Assembly: GCA_965541585.1 (NCBI GenBank)
Contig: CBEUCH010000001.1
Coordinates: 393,460 to 457,459 of the forward strand
Reading direction: 5' to 3'
Length of the DNA stretch: 64,000 nucleotides
Source of the DNA: an uncultured bacterium
GTDB lineage: Bacteria; Zixibacteria; MSB-5A5; UBA10806
Shown here in pieces: positions 10,162 through 19,140 of this stretch. Each line of letters opens with the position of its first letter. Positions within the stretch are counted from its first letter, which is position 1. A program made the position numbers and the translations under genes. The notes under the pieces are model-generated. The model saw only the letters and a program-made list of their open reading frames with translations, made no database searches and was not told the origin of the DNA.

Positions 10162-11469
10162 ATGGCAGAATACAGGACAGAACCGCTGAAATGCTGGAAC
10201 AAGGCTAAAGAGCTGCGGCTCAAATATTATAAGGATTACCAGGAGGCGCACAAGAAAGGCGGTATCCGCTGGACGGGCGGCGCCTGGGCGTTCGATGCCA
10301 TCCCCGCCGGTCTGGGCCGCGACGTTTACAATATCACCGGCGAGCCTTACGCGGCCTCGGTGGCATTCGATAAGCCGTTTTCACAGAAATGTATGGAGGC
10401 GGCTGAGGCCAAGGGATGGGCCCGCGATTTGTGCAGCTACATGCGGAATTACTGGGGCTCGATGTATCTTAATAAATATGAGTTCGGTGGTGAATATCCC
10501 ACTCCCGATTTCTGTTACCAGGATCATATCTGCTGCAGCCATGCAAAATGGTATCAGCACGTGGCAGAATACAAAAAGATCCCTTATTTCTGTATCGATG
10601 TCTCAGTCGGCCCATACAATGAACTCGACGAGAACAGGCTGATGTTCGTGGTCAACCAGATGCACGAGGCCATAGAGTGGCTGGAGAAGGTGACCGGCAG
10701 GAAATACCAGGACGAGCTATTAATCGAAGCCGTGGAAAACGAACTGAGATCAACCTCGACCTGGGCCGAGATCTGCTATTATAACATGGCCAAGCCTGCA
10801 CCCCTTGATGAAAAAACCATGTATTCTCTCTATGTGCACGGCACTCTGGCCAAACATTCAAAAGAGATGGCGGATTTCTACGAGGAGCTACGGGATGAAG
10901 TCAAATACAGGGTAGAGAATTATATTGCCGCCCTGCCCGAGGAGAGATGCCGGCTGATGTCCGATACTCAGCCGCCGTGGGGATTTTTAAAGGTTTTCCG
11001 TTACCTGGAGCAGTATGGCGCCGTGTCGATCGGTTCATTGTATACGTTCGGGCTGATCGGTATCTGGGAGACGAAACCGGATGGCACCTGGGGACCGAGA
11101 ACAACTCCCATGCAAAAAGGCGAAAAGATCACCTCCCGCGACCAGGCGTTGAGGATATTGGCCGATTGGAATCTCTCCAAACCGGAATGGCAACATTTTT
11201 ACTCTCCGCATCTGAAAACCGAGATGATGCTTCAGATCGTAAAGCAATGGAAACTGGACGGCGTTATGCTGCACCTGAATCGTGGTTGCGAGGGTCTATC
11301 GTGCGGCATTATGGAGAACCGGCTGGGAATAGCCGAAGCCGGCGTGCCGGTCATGACTTTTGAAGGAAATATGGGCGATGAACGTGAATTCGATGAGAAA
11401 AGAGTCATTACCAGAATCGATTCTTTTATGGAAACACTGGATCTACAGCTATTAAAGGCTGAGAAATAG
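10162..11469 (+). CDS. bzdO: Benzoyl-CoA reductase, Bzd-type, subunit O
   Basis: [17 protein letters not shown]-terminus, [28 protein letters not shown]. Confidence 0.9.
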   Translation: MAEYRTEPLKCWNKAKELRLKYYKDYQEAHKKGGIRWTGGAWAFDAIPAGLGRDVYNITGEPYAASVAFDKPFSQKCMEAAEAKGWARDLCSYMRNYWGSMYLNKYEFGGEYPTPDFCYQDHICCSHAKWYQHVAEYKKIPYFCIDVSVGPYNELDENRLMFVVNQMHEAIEWLEKVTGRKYQDELLIEAVENELRSTSTWAEICYYNMAKPAPLDEKTMYSLYVHGTLAKHSKEMADFYEELRDEVKYRVENYIAALPEERCRLMSDTQPPWGFLKVFRYLEQYGAVSIGSLYTFGLIGIWETKPDGTWGPRTTPMQKGEKITSRDQALRILADWNLSKPEWQHFYSPHLKTEMMLQIVKQWKLDGVMLHLNRGCEGLSCGIMENRLGIAEAGVPVMTFEGNMGDEREFDEKRVITRIDSFMETLDLQLLKAEK

Positions 11470-11498
11470 TGAGCCGGGAAGTTTAAATTTGATCAGAT

Positions 11499-12284
11499 AT
11501 GGGAGCTATGATGACTACAGCGGGTATTGATATCGGGGCCAAGTTAGCCAAGGTTCTGATACTGAGAGATCGGGAGGTTCTTGGTATTTCTCAGGAGCCG
11601 GTGGGGTTTGAACCCGTGGTGGCTGCAGAGAGAGCCTTCAATCAGGTCTTGAAGCAATCCGGTTTGACTGAGAAAGATGTTGAAGTAGTTTATGCGACCG
11701 GGGCCGGCCGGAAAGTTGCGCCGCGTACAAATGGTTCAATCACGGAGGTAACCGCCGCCGCCAGAGGGGCTGTATATTATCATCCTTCCGTGCGAACGAT
11801 TATCGAAGTGGGCGCTGAGGAAGGCCGGGCCGTGAAATGCGATGAAAAGGGGAAGGTTCTGGATTTTGCCATCAATGAGAAATGCGCCGCCGGCGCCGGC
11901 TCTTTCACCGAGGCCATGTCCAGGGCGCTGGAGCTCGATCTGGAGGATTTCGGGAAGATTTCTCTGGAATCCACCAAATCGATACCCATGAATGCCCAGT
12001 GCGCGGTATTCGCAGAGAGCGAAGTGGTTTCGCTAGTGCATGCCAAAACGCCGAAACAGGATATCGCCCGGGCGGTTCATGATGCTATCGCCAGCCGAAT
12101 TGTATCTATGGTCAGGCGGGTGGGAATCAATAAGGATATTGCGCTTGTGGGAGGCGTTTCATACAATCCCGGGTTTGTGGATTCCCTAAATCGGGCACTG
12201 GAAGCGGATGTGATTGTCCCGGATAATCCGGAATATGTCGGGGCGTTAGGGGCGGCGATTATTGCCGGTGAAAGGGGTAAATGA
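11499..12284 (+). CDS. bzdP: Benzoyl-CoA reductase activase subunit P (ASKHA ATPase)
   Basis: AGIDIG, ATGAGR, NEKCAAGAGSF, CAVFAESE, GALGAA. Confidence 0.88.
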   Translation: MGAMMTTAGIDIGAKLAKVLILRDREVLGISQEPVGFEPVVAAERAFNQVLKQSGLTEKDVEVVYATGAGRKVAPRTNGSITEVTAAARGAVYYHPSVRTIIEVGAEEGRAVKCDEKGKVLDFAINEKCAAGAGSFTEAMSRALELDLEDFGKISLESTKSIPMNAQCAVFAESEVVSLVHAKTPKQDIARAVHDAIASRIVSMVRRVGINKDIALVGGVSYNPGFVDSLNRALEADVIVPDNPEYVGALGAAIIAGERGK

Positions 12285-13165
12285 TGCCTGACGAAAAGAA
12301 AGAATTCTGGCGCTGGAAGGAATACAACTGGCATGATGAAACCGGGGATTGGAAGGGATCCGAGACGATCACTGCCGGTGCGGATGTGGGTTCGGTCAGT
12401 TCCCAGGCCGTAATTCTGGTAGATGGTAAGCTTTACGCTTACTCAAATATGCGTACAGGCTCAGATAGCCCGGATAGCGCCAGGAATGCAATGGACTGGG
12501 CTCTTCAGGATACCGGTATAAAGATGGAGGATATCCATTATATTGTGGGCACTGGTTATGGACGCGTGAATGTCCCGTTTGCCAACCGGGCCATTACGGA
12601 GATAGCCTGCCATGCTCGCGGGGGGAATCTTATGTACGGGCCGACGGTTCGGACTATCCTCGATATGGGAGGGCAGGATTGCAAGGCGATTCGTTGCGAT
12701 GAGAGAGGGAAAGTCACAAATTTCCTCATGAATGATAAATGTGCTGCTGGAACCGGAAGAGGGATGGAGGTTTTCGCGGATCTTTTGGCTGTCCCGATCG
12801 AAGACGTCGGAGACCTGTCTCTGGACGTGGATGAGGAGCCCCCGCCAGTGTCCTCGACCTGCGTCGTGTTCGCAAAGTCCGAGGCTTCTTCTCTGCTCAG
12901 AGAGGGATGGTCAAAGAAGCGGGTGCTGGCCGCTTATTGTTCTGCCATGGCGCACCGGGTTGTTACTCTCCTTGACCGTGTAGGGGTTGAGAAAGATTTC
13001 GCTATTACGGGCGGTATCGCCAAGAATAGCGGTGTTATTACCAGGCTTGAAAAAGAATTGGACCTTGTATCCTTGAAGTCGAATTATGATACTCAGATCG
13101 CGGGCGCTCTGGGCGCCGCTCTTTTCGCAAAAACGCTGGTGGAAAAACAGAGGAAAAGTGCCTGA
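12281..13165 (+). CDS. bzdQ: Benzoyl-CoA reductase activase subunit Q (ASKHA ATPase)
   Basis: EFWRW N-terminus, DVGSVSS, GTGYGR, DMGGQDCK, MNDKCAAGTGRG, STCVVFAKSE. Confidence 0.9.
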   Translation: MMPDEKKEFWRWKEYNWHDETGDWKGSETITAGADVGSVSSQAVILVDGKLYAYSNMRTGSDSPDSARNAMDWALQDTGIKMEDIHYIVGTGYGRVNVPFANRAITEIACHARGGNLMYGPTVRTILDMGGQDCKAIRCDERGKVTNFLMNDKCAAGTGRGMEVFADLLAVPIEDVGDLSLDVDEEPPPVSSTCVVFAKSEASSLLREGWSKKRVLAAYCSAMAHRVVTLLDRVGVEKDFAITGGIAKNSGVITRLEKELDLVSLKSNYDTQIAGALGAALFAKTLVEKQRKSA

Positions 13166-13446
13166 TGAAAGCCAATTACGGATATATGGACGGCAGCGGA
13201 GAATATTTCATCACCATCGATACCGATCTCTGCATCAAATGCCCTCATCATGGCTGTGTTGATGCCTGCCCGGTGAACTTTTTCGAAGTTATCGTGGATG
13301 ACTATGATGATGAAGTGGTTGCTGTTAAGGAAGAGCACCGCAAGAAACTGAAATACGACTGCGCTCCCTGCAAGCCGATTTCCGATCGACCGCCACTGCC
13401 ATGTGTTACAGCATGCACGCCCGGCGCCATCACTCATTCCTGGTAG
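13165..13446 (+). CDS. bzdM: Ferredoxin of the Bzd cluster
   Basis: ANYGYMDGSGEYFITID, CxxC..CxxxCP and CxxC..CxxxC motifs, ends HSW. Confidence 0.8.
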   Translation: MKANYGYMDGSGEYFITIDTDLCIKCPHHGCVDACPVNFFEVIVDDYDDEVVAVKEEHRKKLKYDCAPCKPISDRPPLPCVTACTPGAITHSW

Positions 13447-13530
13447 ACAGGGAGTCGGTCGCTGTTTTAGGTAATGCCGGTATCAATCTGCAATTTCGAT
13501 TGGGCAATTAATTAGGATATCAAAAGAGCA

Positions 13531-16062
13531 ATGGCAAAGCTGACCATCGAGATTGACGGGGCCCGAATTGAATGTTCCCCGGGAAAGACAATTCTCGAGG
13601 CGGCCGATTCGTCGGGCATTTATATCCCGCGCCTGTGCTATCACCCCGACCTGTCACCAACCGGCGAGGTACCCCGGGTAGACTCCATCTATCAGGCAGA
13701 TGTTAAAATCTCCGGAGAGAGGCCGGGTATTGCGACTGGGGAAGAGACCCATTGCAATTTATGCTTGGTCGAGGTCGCCGGGTGCTCCGAACCTGTGAAT
13801 TCCTGTATCACTGCCGTCGAGGATGGCATGGTCGTGCGAGCGAATACGGAAAATATAAGAAATCTGCGAAAAGGAGCTTTAAGCAAGATTCTCGCCGACC
13901 ATCCTCACGCCTGCCTGACCTGCGCCCAGAAGGAGGGATGCAGCAGAACTGAATGCTCGTTGAATGTCCCGACGGATGAGCGGTGTTGTATCCTTCTCGG
14001 TCACTGCGAATTGGAAAAGGTGGCCGATTGCATCGGTATCCCTCCCGATACTTTAAAATATAAGCCGAAGCATTACCCCGTAGTCAAAAGCGACCCCTTG
14101 TTCGACAGGGATTTTAATCTCTGCATCAATTGTCTGCGTTGCGTAAGAGTCTGCAGCGATATTAGAGGTGTGAATGCATTGGGCACTGTATGGAAGGATG
14201 GTCGCTTCTGGGTGGGAACGGTTGGGGGCGCTAAGCTCAATGAGACTGACTGCCGGTTCTGCGGCGCCTGTGTTGAGGTTTGCCCTACAGGGGCGCTACT
14301 TGATAAAGAGGGTGTTCCCGCAATTCGAAAAGATGTCCCGGTTCCCTGCGTCGGGAGTTGCCCGGCAGGCATAGATATCCCCCACTACGTACAATTGATA
14401 GCAAAGGGCAGAAATCGCGAGGCGCTGGAACTGATTCGAGCTCGCGTGCCGTTCCCCGGTATCCTCGGTTATGTATGTTTCCATCCCTGCGAAGATGTCT
14501 GCCGGCGGGGAGAGATCGATCAACCGATAGCTATATGCGCTTTGAAACGTTTTGTGGCGGATTATGCAAATGACGGAGATCTACTGCAGGTCGAGAAACA
14601 ACCAGATAAAGGAAGAAAAATAGCGGTTATAGGTTCAGGCCCCACTGGCCTTACTGCGGCCTATTACCTATGCGTTTCGGGGTATCAGGTTGATCTCTAT
14701 GATGATGCCGATAAACCGGGCGGCATGTTACGCTATGGCATTCCCGACTATCGTCTTCCTCCGGAGATTCTGGAGCGGGAATTAAAGATCATGGATAAGA
14801 TGGGTATTAATTTTATAATGAATCAGAGAATCGACAGCCATTTCGGGATTCCTGAGCTTAAAGCCGGCGGTTTCGATGCAATTCTGATAGCAGCGGGAGT
14901 ATCGACAAGCAAGAAACTGTCCCTTCCTGACTCCGATCTTGAGGGAATATTCAAGGGGCTGGAATTCTTAAGATCAGCTAAAATATCTCATGAGCCTCAA
15001 CTGACGGGCAAGGTAGTGGTCATTGGCGGTGGTAACGTTGCTATCGATGCCGCCATGACGGCCTTGCGTCTGGGTGCAAACAACATTAATCTTGTATGTC
15101 TCGAATCGCGGGAGGAAATGCCCGCTCATGAATGGGAGATAAATCAGGCAATAGAGGAAGGTGTGGAGATTCATTCGTCGTGGGGGCCTGGGGAATTCAA
15201 ATCCCGGAATAACAGGGTATCGGGCGTGGAACTGGTTAGATGCACAAGGGTAGTAGATGAGCAGGGTCGGTTTGATCCGCAATACGATGAAGATGAAACC
15301 AGCCATATTGATGCTGATTATGTGATTATTACAATCGGTCAGGAAATCGACCGGGGGCTCTTCGAACATGTTGCAAATCTTCAAAAGGGTCCGGGACAGC
15401 CATTGAAGGTAGATGAGAATCTGGCAACCGGCATTGACGGGGTTTTTGCTGCTGGGGACGTTGTGCGCGGACCATCGTCGGTGGTGGAGGCCATAGCCGA
15501 CGGACGGAAGGCGGCGGAGGCCATAGATCGATATCTGGGTGGCGACGGCATTTGTGAGATTATTCTTGATCTGGCCGGCCTCGACTCTCCCATTCTGGGT
15601 AGTTCCGGCGATTCGATTAAGCGTCCGAGGCAAACTGCAAAAATAGCCGCCCCTGTGGAGCGAAAATCGGGATTCGGTCCGATCGAGGAAACATTTCAGG
15701 AACAGGCAGCGAAATATGAAGCAGAAAGATGCCTGCAATGTCAATTACGGCAGATGATTACGCCGGTCATCCTGCCGCCAGAAAGGTGGTTATCTCTGGA
15801 TAAAGAGGGGGTGGAATCCATACCTGATTCAGAGGGCGTTTTTCAGTTGCTCGACGCTGAGAAGAAGGTAATCAGGATTTCGGGAACCGCAAATCTGCGG
15901 CAGGGCCTGTCGGAATGTCTGGAAAATCCGGGCGATGGGGCTTATTTTATATGTGAAGAAGATCCCATGTATACCAAGCGGGAGAGTGAATTGATTCAGA
16001 AATATCTTCAGGAACACGGAAGGCTACCGGTCGGCAATGATATGGGAGACGAGTTATTCTGA
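13531..16062 (+). CDS. bzdV: BzdV-like Fe-S/FAD NAD(P)H:ferredoxin oxidoreductase
   Basis: NuoG-like 2Fe-2S N-terminus, two 4Fe-4S motifs (CINCLRCVRVC, CRFCGACVEVCP), GltD-like core (CPAGID, GSGPTG, GGGNVAID, FAAGD), extra C-terminal domain. Confidence 0.8.
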   Translation: MAKLTIEIDGARIECSPGKTILEAADSSGIYIPRLCYHPDLSPTGEVPRVDSIYQADVKISGERPGIATGEETHCNLCLVEVAGCSEPVNSCITAVEDGMVVRANTENIRNLRKGALSKILADHPHACLTCAQKEGCSRTECSLNVPTDERCCILLGHCELEKVADCIGIPPDTLKYKPKHYPVVKSDPLFDRDFNLCINCLRCVRVCSDIRGVNALGTVWKDGRFWVGTVGGAKLNETDCRFCGACVEVCPTGALLDKEGVPAIRKDVPVPCVGSCPAGIDIPHYVQLIAKGRNREALELIRARVPFPGILGYVCFHPCEDVCRRGEIDQPIAICALKRFVADYANDGDLLQVEKQPDKGRKIAVIGSGPTGLTAAYYLCVSGYQVDLYDDADKPGGMLRYGIPDYRLPPEILERELKIMDKMGINFIMNQRIDSHFGIPELKAGGFDAILIAAGVSTSKKLSLPDSDLEGIFKGLEFLRSAKISHEPQLTGKVVVIGGGNVAIDAAMTALRLGANNINLVCLESREEMPAHEWEINQAIEEGVEIHSSWGPGEFKSRNNRVSGVELVRCTRVVDEQGRFDPQYDEDETSHIDADYVIITIGQEIDRGLFEHVANLQKGPGQPLKVDENLATGIDGVFAAGDVVRGPSSVVEAIADGRKAAEAIDRYLGGDGICEIILDLAGLDSPILGSSGDSIKRPRQTAKIAAPVERKSGFGPIEETFQEQAAKYEAERCLQCQLRQMITPVILPPERWLSLDKEGVESIPDSEGVFQLLDAEKKVIRISGTANLRQGLSECLENPGDGAYFICEEDPMYTKRESELIQKYLQEHGRLPVGNDMGDELF

Positions 16063-16319
16063 TGGCAACCGGCATAATAGATAGGTTGAAGGCCGATGGC
16101 TGGGAGCAACAATTCACCGCCTCCGGGGCTCGATTGGAGGAGGCCGTGGACAATTACAGGGCCCTGGGATTCGAGGTCAAAACTGTTCCGGTGAAGGAGC
16201 TCGGGGGCAACGGTTGTACAATCTGTTTCGATGATGAAAACGATATTAGTATGATGATTTTCACAAGAAAAGCGGGCATTCGGCAGAGTAATGAATTATT
16301 TTCAGATAATGGTGGTTAG
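16062..16319 (+). CDS. Small hypothetical protein with CxxC, coupled to bzdV
   Basis: 85 aa, start overlaps the bzdV stop; GWEQQF...YRALGFEV...GCTICF. Confidence 0.7.
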   Translation: MATGIIDRLKADGWEQQFTASGARLEEAVDNYRALGFEVKTVPVKELGGNGCTICFDDENDISMMIFTRKAGIRQSNELFSDNGG

Positions 16320-16376
16320 TTCCAGCCGGGATTTTCTTGCGATGGAGATTGTTGTTGTGAGTGAAAGGAGTATTCG

Positions 16377-17399
16377 ATGAAAGCGGCAGTATTTTACGGT
16401 CCGGGTCACCCGTTGAAGATAGAGGAAGTTCCCACTCCGGAACCAATTGCCGGGCAGGTCTTGATCAAGACGGCCGCCTGTGGTGTATGCCATACGGATT
16501 TGCATTATATAGATCACGGGGTACCGACTTTCAAGAAACCGCCTCTCATTCTGGGTCATGAGCCCTCGGGGACAATAGCCGGCCTGGGGAAAGATGTCAG
16601 CGGTTTTAAGGAAGGCGATAGGGTTCTGGCGCCGGCTGTCCTGACCTGTGGTAAATGTGAATTCTGCCGCACCGGGCGTGAAAATATATGTGCCGCTATG
16701 GTGATGTTCGGCAACAATATCGACGGCGCCTATGCCGAGTATTTTCTCGCTCCCGCCAAAGATATTTTCCATCTGCCGGACGAAATACCTCTGCAAGAAG
16801 GTTCTATTATAGCCGACGCTATATCCACACCTTTTCATGCTATCAAGAACCGGGCGGAAGTTAAACCGGGCGATACTGTTGTCATTCTTGGTTGCGGCGG
16901 AGTCGGCATAAATCTTGTCCAGATGGCGGCCGCGGTCGGAGGATCGGTTATCGCCGTCGATATATCGCCGGAGAAGCTCGAATGGGCTAAAAAACTGGGT
17001 GCCGACATTACAATAAATCCATCGGAGGATGAAAACTGGACGAAAAGCGTCAAAAAAATGACCGGCGGCGGGGCGGATATCGCTATCGAGGCAATTGGCA
17101 ATCCATCCACCATCGAGACGGCGTTCAATACCTTGAGGAGCGGCGGCCGGCTAGTTGTGCTGGGCTATACCCACAAAAATATTTCGCTTAACGCCGGCAA
17201 GATCATGTTTCGTGAGATGGAAGTAGTGGGGTCGCTCGGATGTCGTCCCGTTGATTATCCGAAACTGATCGAGCTTTGCCGTCTGGGGAAGATAAAGGTC
17301 AAGGAGCTGGTGACAGGCAGATTTCCGCTCGACAAGATAAACGACACTTTTGACATCCTGAGGAAAGGTGAAGGGCTGAGGTCTATTATAACTTTTTGA
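16377..17399 (+). CDS. had: 6-hydroxycyclohex-1-ene-1-carbonyl-CoA dehydrogenase (Had/BzdX, Zn-MDR family)
   Basis: CGVCHTD, GHE, CGKCEFCR..C, ADAISTPF, GCGGVG; cluster context. Confidence 0.8.
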   Translation: MKAAVFYGPGHPLKIEEVPTPEPIAGQVLIKTAACGVCHTDLHYIDHGVPTFKKPPLILGHEPSGTIAGLGKDVSGFKEGDRVLAPAVLTCGKCEFCRTGRENICAAMVMFGNNIDGAYAEYFLAPAKDIFHLPDEIPLQEGSIIADAISTPFHAIKNRAEVKPGDTVVILGCGGVGINLVQMAAAVGGSVIAVDISPEKLEWAKKLGADITINPSEDENWTKSVKKMTGGGADIAIEAIGNPSTIETAFNTLRSGGRLVVLGYTHKNISLNAGKIMFREMEVVGSLGCRPVDYPKLIELCRLGKIKVKELVTGRFPLDKINDTFDILRKGEGLRSIITF

Positions 17400-17435
17400 T
17401 TTAATGTGAAGTTTTCTTCATAGAGGATTAAGGAC

Positions 17436-18581
17436 ATGAATTTTGAATTAACGGAAGATCAACTGGCGGTCCGGGATGTAGCCCGGGGTTTCGCAGAGAA
17501 GAAGTTGAAACCGAGGGCCGAGGAGTTCGATGCCGAATCGAAAATGGATACGGGCCTGATAAAGGAGATGGGGAAGCTGGGTCTTTTGGGAATCGCACTA
17601 CCGGAGGAGCATGGCGGCGGCGGCATGGATACCGTTTCGTACATGGTTGCGGTGGAGGAATTATCCAGAGGATGTCCATCCCACGCGGCGGTACTGGCAT
17701 TGCATAATTCACTCTATGGTGATCCGATCGTCCGGTTCGGGACTGACGAGCAGAAAAAAAAGTATCTTCCCGGCGTGTGCAGCGGGGATCAAATCGGTGC
17801 ATTTGCGCTTTCGGAACCGGGGGCGGGTTCGGATGCTGCCGCTCTCGCGACTACGTATGTGAAAAAGGATAATGGTTTCATTATAAACGGCACTAAAATA
17901 TTTATCACCATGGGCTCACTGGCGGATAGTGTGATTGTATTTGCCACATCGAAAAAGGGTTCCGGTCCGAAGGGGATCACGGCATTTTTGGTGGATAAGG
18001 GAACCGAAGGATTCGGGATCGGTACCATTGAAAAGAAAATGGGATTCAAGGCGTCACCGACAACGGAGATGATTTTTGATGATTGCTTCGTACCCGGCGA
18101 GAATATTCTCGGTGACGAGGGCCAGGGATTTAACATCGCCATGTCCACGTTGGATTGCGGAAGGATCAGCGCGGGAGCGCTTGCCGTTGGTATTTCCCAA
18201 GCCGCATTCGATATAGCCCTGCAGTATTCGAAACAGCGTGAGCAGTTCGGCAAACCGATATCTGCATTTCAAGCGATTCAGTTCCATCTGGCGGATATGT
18301 CGATCATGATAGAAAACGCCCGGCTTCAGGTTTACCGGGCGGCCTGGTTAAAGGACCAGGGTCGACCGTATTCGCTACAGTCGGCGCAGGCCAAGGTTTA
18401 CGCCTCCGAGATATCATCGCAGGTGACCCACAGGGCGATTCAGATTCTGGGCGGTTACGGATATATGCGGGAATACCATGTCGAGAGGATGTATCGGGAT
18501 GCCAGAGTTACGGAGTTGTTCGAAGGCACATCGGAGATACAGCGGCTGGTAATTGCCAGGCAACTGCTGAAAGAGAAATGA
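17436..18581 (+). CDS. Acyl-CoA dehydrogenase
   Basis: FALSEPGAGSD, GTKIFIT, REQFGKPI, GGYGY, RDARVTELFEGTSEIQR. Confidence 0.93.
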   Translation: MNFELTEDQLAVRDVARGFAEKKLKPRAEEFDAESKMDTGLIKEMGKLGLLGIALPEEHGGGGMDTVSYMVAVEELSRGCPSHAAVLALHNSLYGDPIVRFGTDEQKKKYLPGVCSGDQIGAFALSEPGAGSDAAALATTYVKKDNGFIINGTKIFITMGSLADSVIVFATSKKGSGPKGITAFLVDKGTEGFGIGTIEKKMGFKASPTTEMIFDDCFVPGENILGDEGQGFNIAMSTLDCGRISAGALAVGISQAAFDIALQYSKQREQFGKPISAFQAIQFHLADMSIMIENARLQVYRAAWLKDQGRPYSLQSAQAKVYASEISSQVTHRAIQILGGYGYMREYHVERMYRDARVTELFEGTSEIQRLVIARQLLKEK

Positions 18582-18594
18582 TAGATTCTTTAAA

Positions 18595-19140
18595 ATGAAA
18601 GAGATCACGTTTTACGGACGGGGCGGACAGGGGGCGGTGGTTGCCTCCGAGATCCTGGCCAACGCATATTTCAAGGAGGGATACCAGGTGCAGAGTTTTC
18701 CATCGTTCGGGGTGGAGCGTCGCGGAGCGCCGGTTACAGCCTTTCTGCGGATCGACAGGGAATTTATTTACCTGAGAAGTATGATATATAAGGCGGATAT
18801 GGCAATCGTGCTGGCCCCCGATATTGTGAATTCTCCAACCTTCATACCGTCGCTGAAGAATGATGCCGTGATAATAGTAAATTCAAAAGAGGAATTAAAG
18901 GAATTATCGGAATATCGAGTTTATTTTGTGGATGCAACCGGGATCGCCGTTGAGCACGGGCTGGGATCCAGCGCCCAACCGCTGGTAAACACAGCCTTGC
19001 TGGGGGCATTTGCAAAGATAAGCGGCAACCTTGGTCTGGATAATTTACTGCATGCGGTAGAGAAACAGGTACCGCAAAAAACCGATCAGAATATTCAGGC
19101 GGCAAGAAAGGCGTACGACTCGGTGGTGGGAGATGAGTAA
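18595..19140 (+). CDS. 2-oxoacid:acceptor oxidoreductase gamma subunit
   Basis: GRGGQGAV, FPSFGVERRGAPV, NTALLGA. Confidence 0.9.
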   Translation: MKEITFYGRGGQGAVVASEILANAYFKEGYQVQSFPSFGVERRGAPVTAFLRIDREFIYLRSMIYKADMAIVLAPDIVNSPTFIPSLKNDAVIIVNSKEELKELSEYRVYFVDATGIAVEHGLGSSAQPLVNTALLGAFAKISGNLGLDNLLHAVEKQVPQKTDQNIQAARKAYDSVVGDE

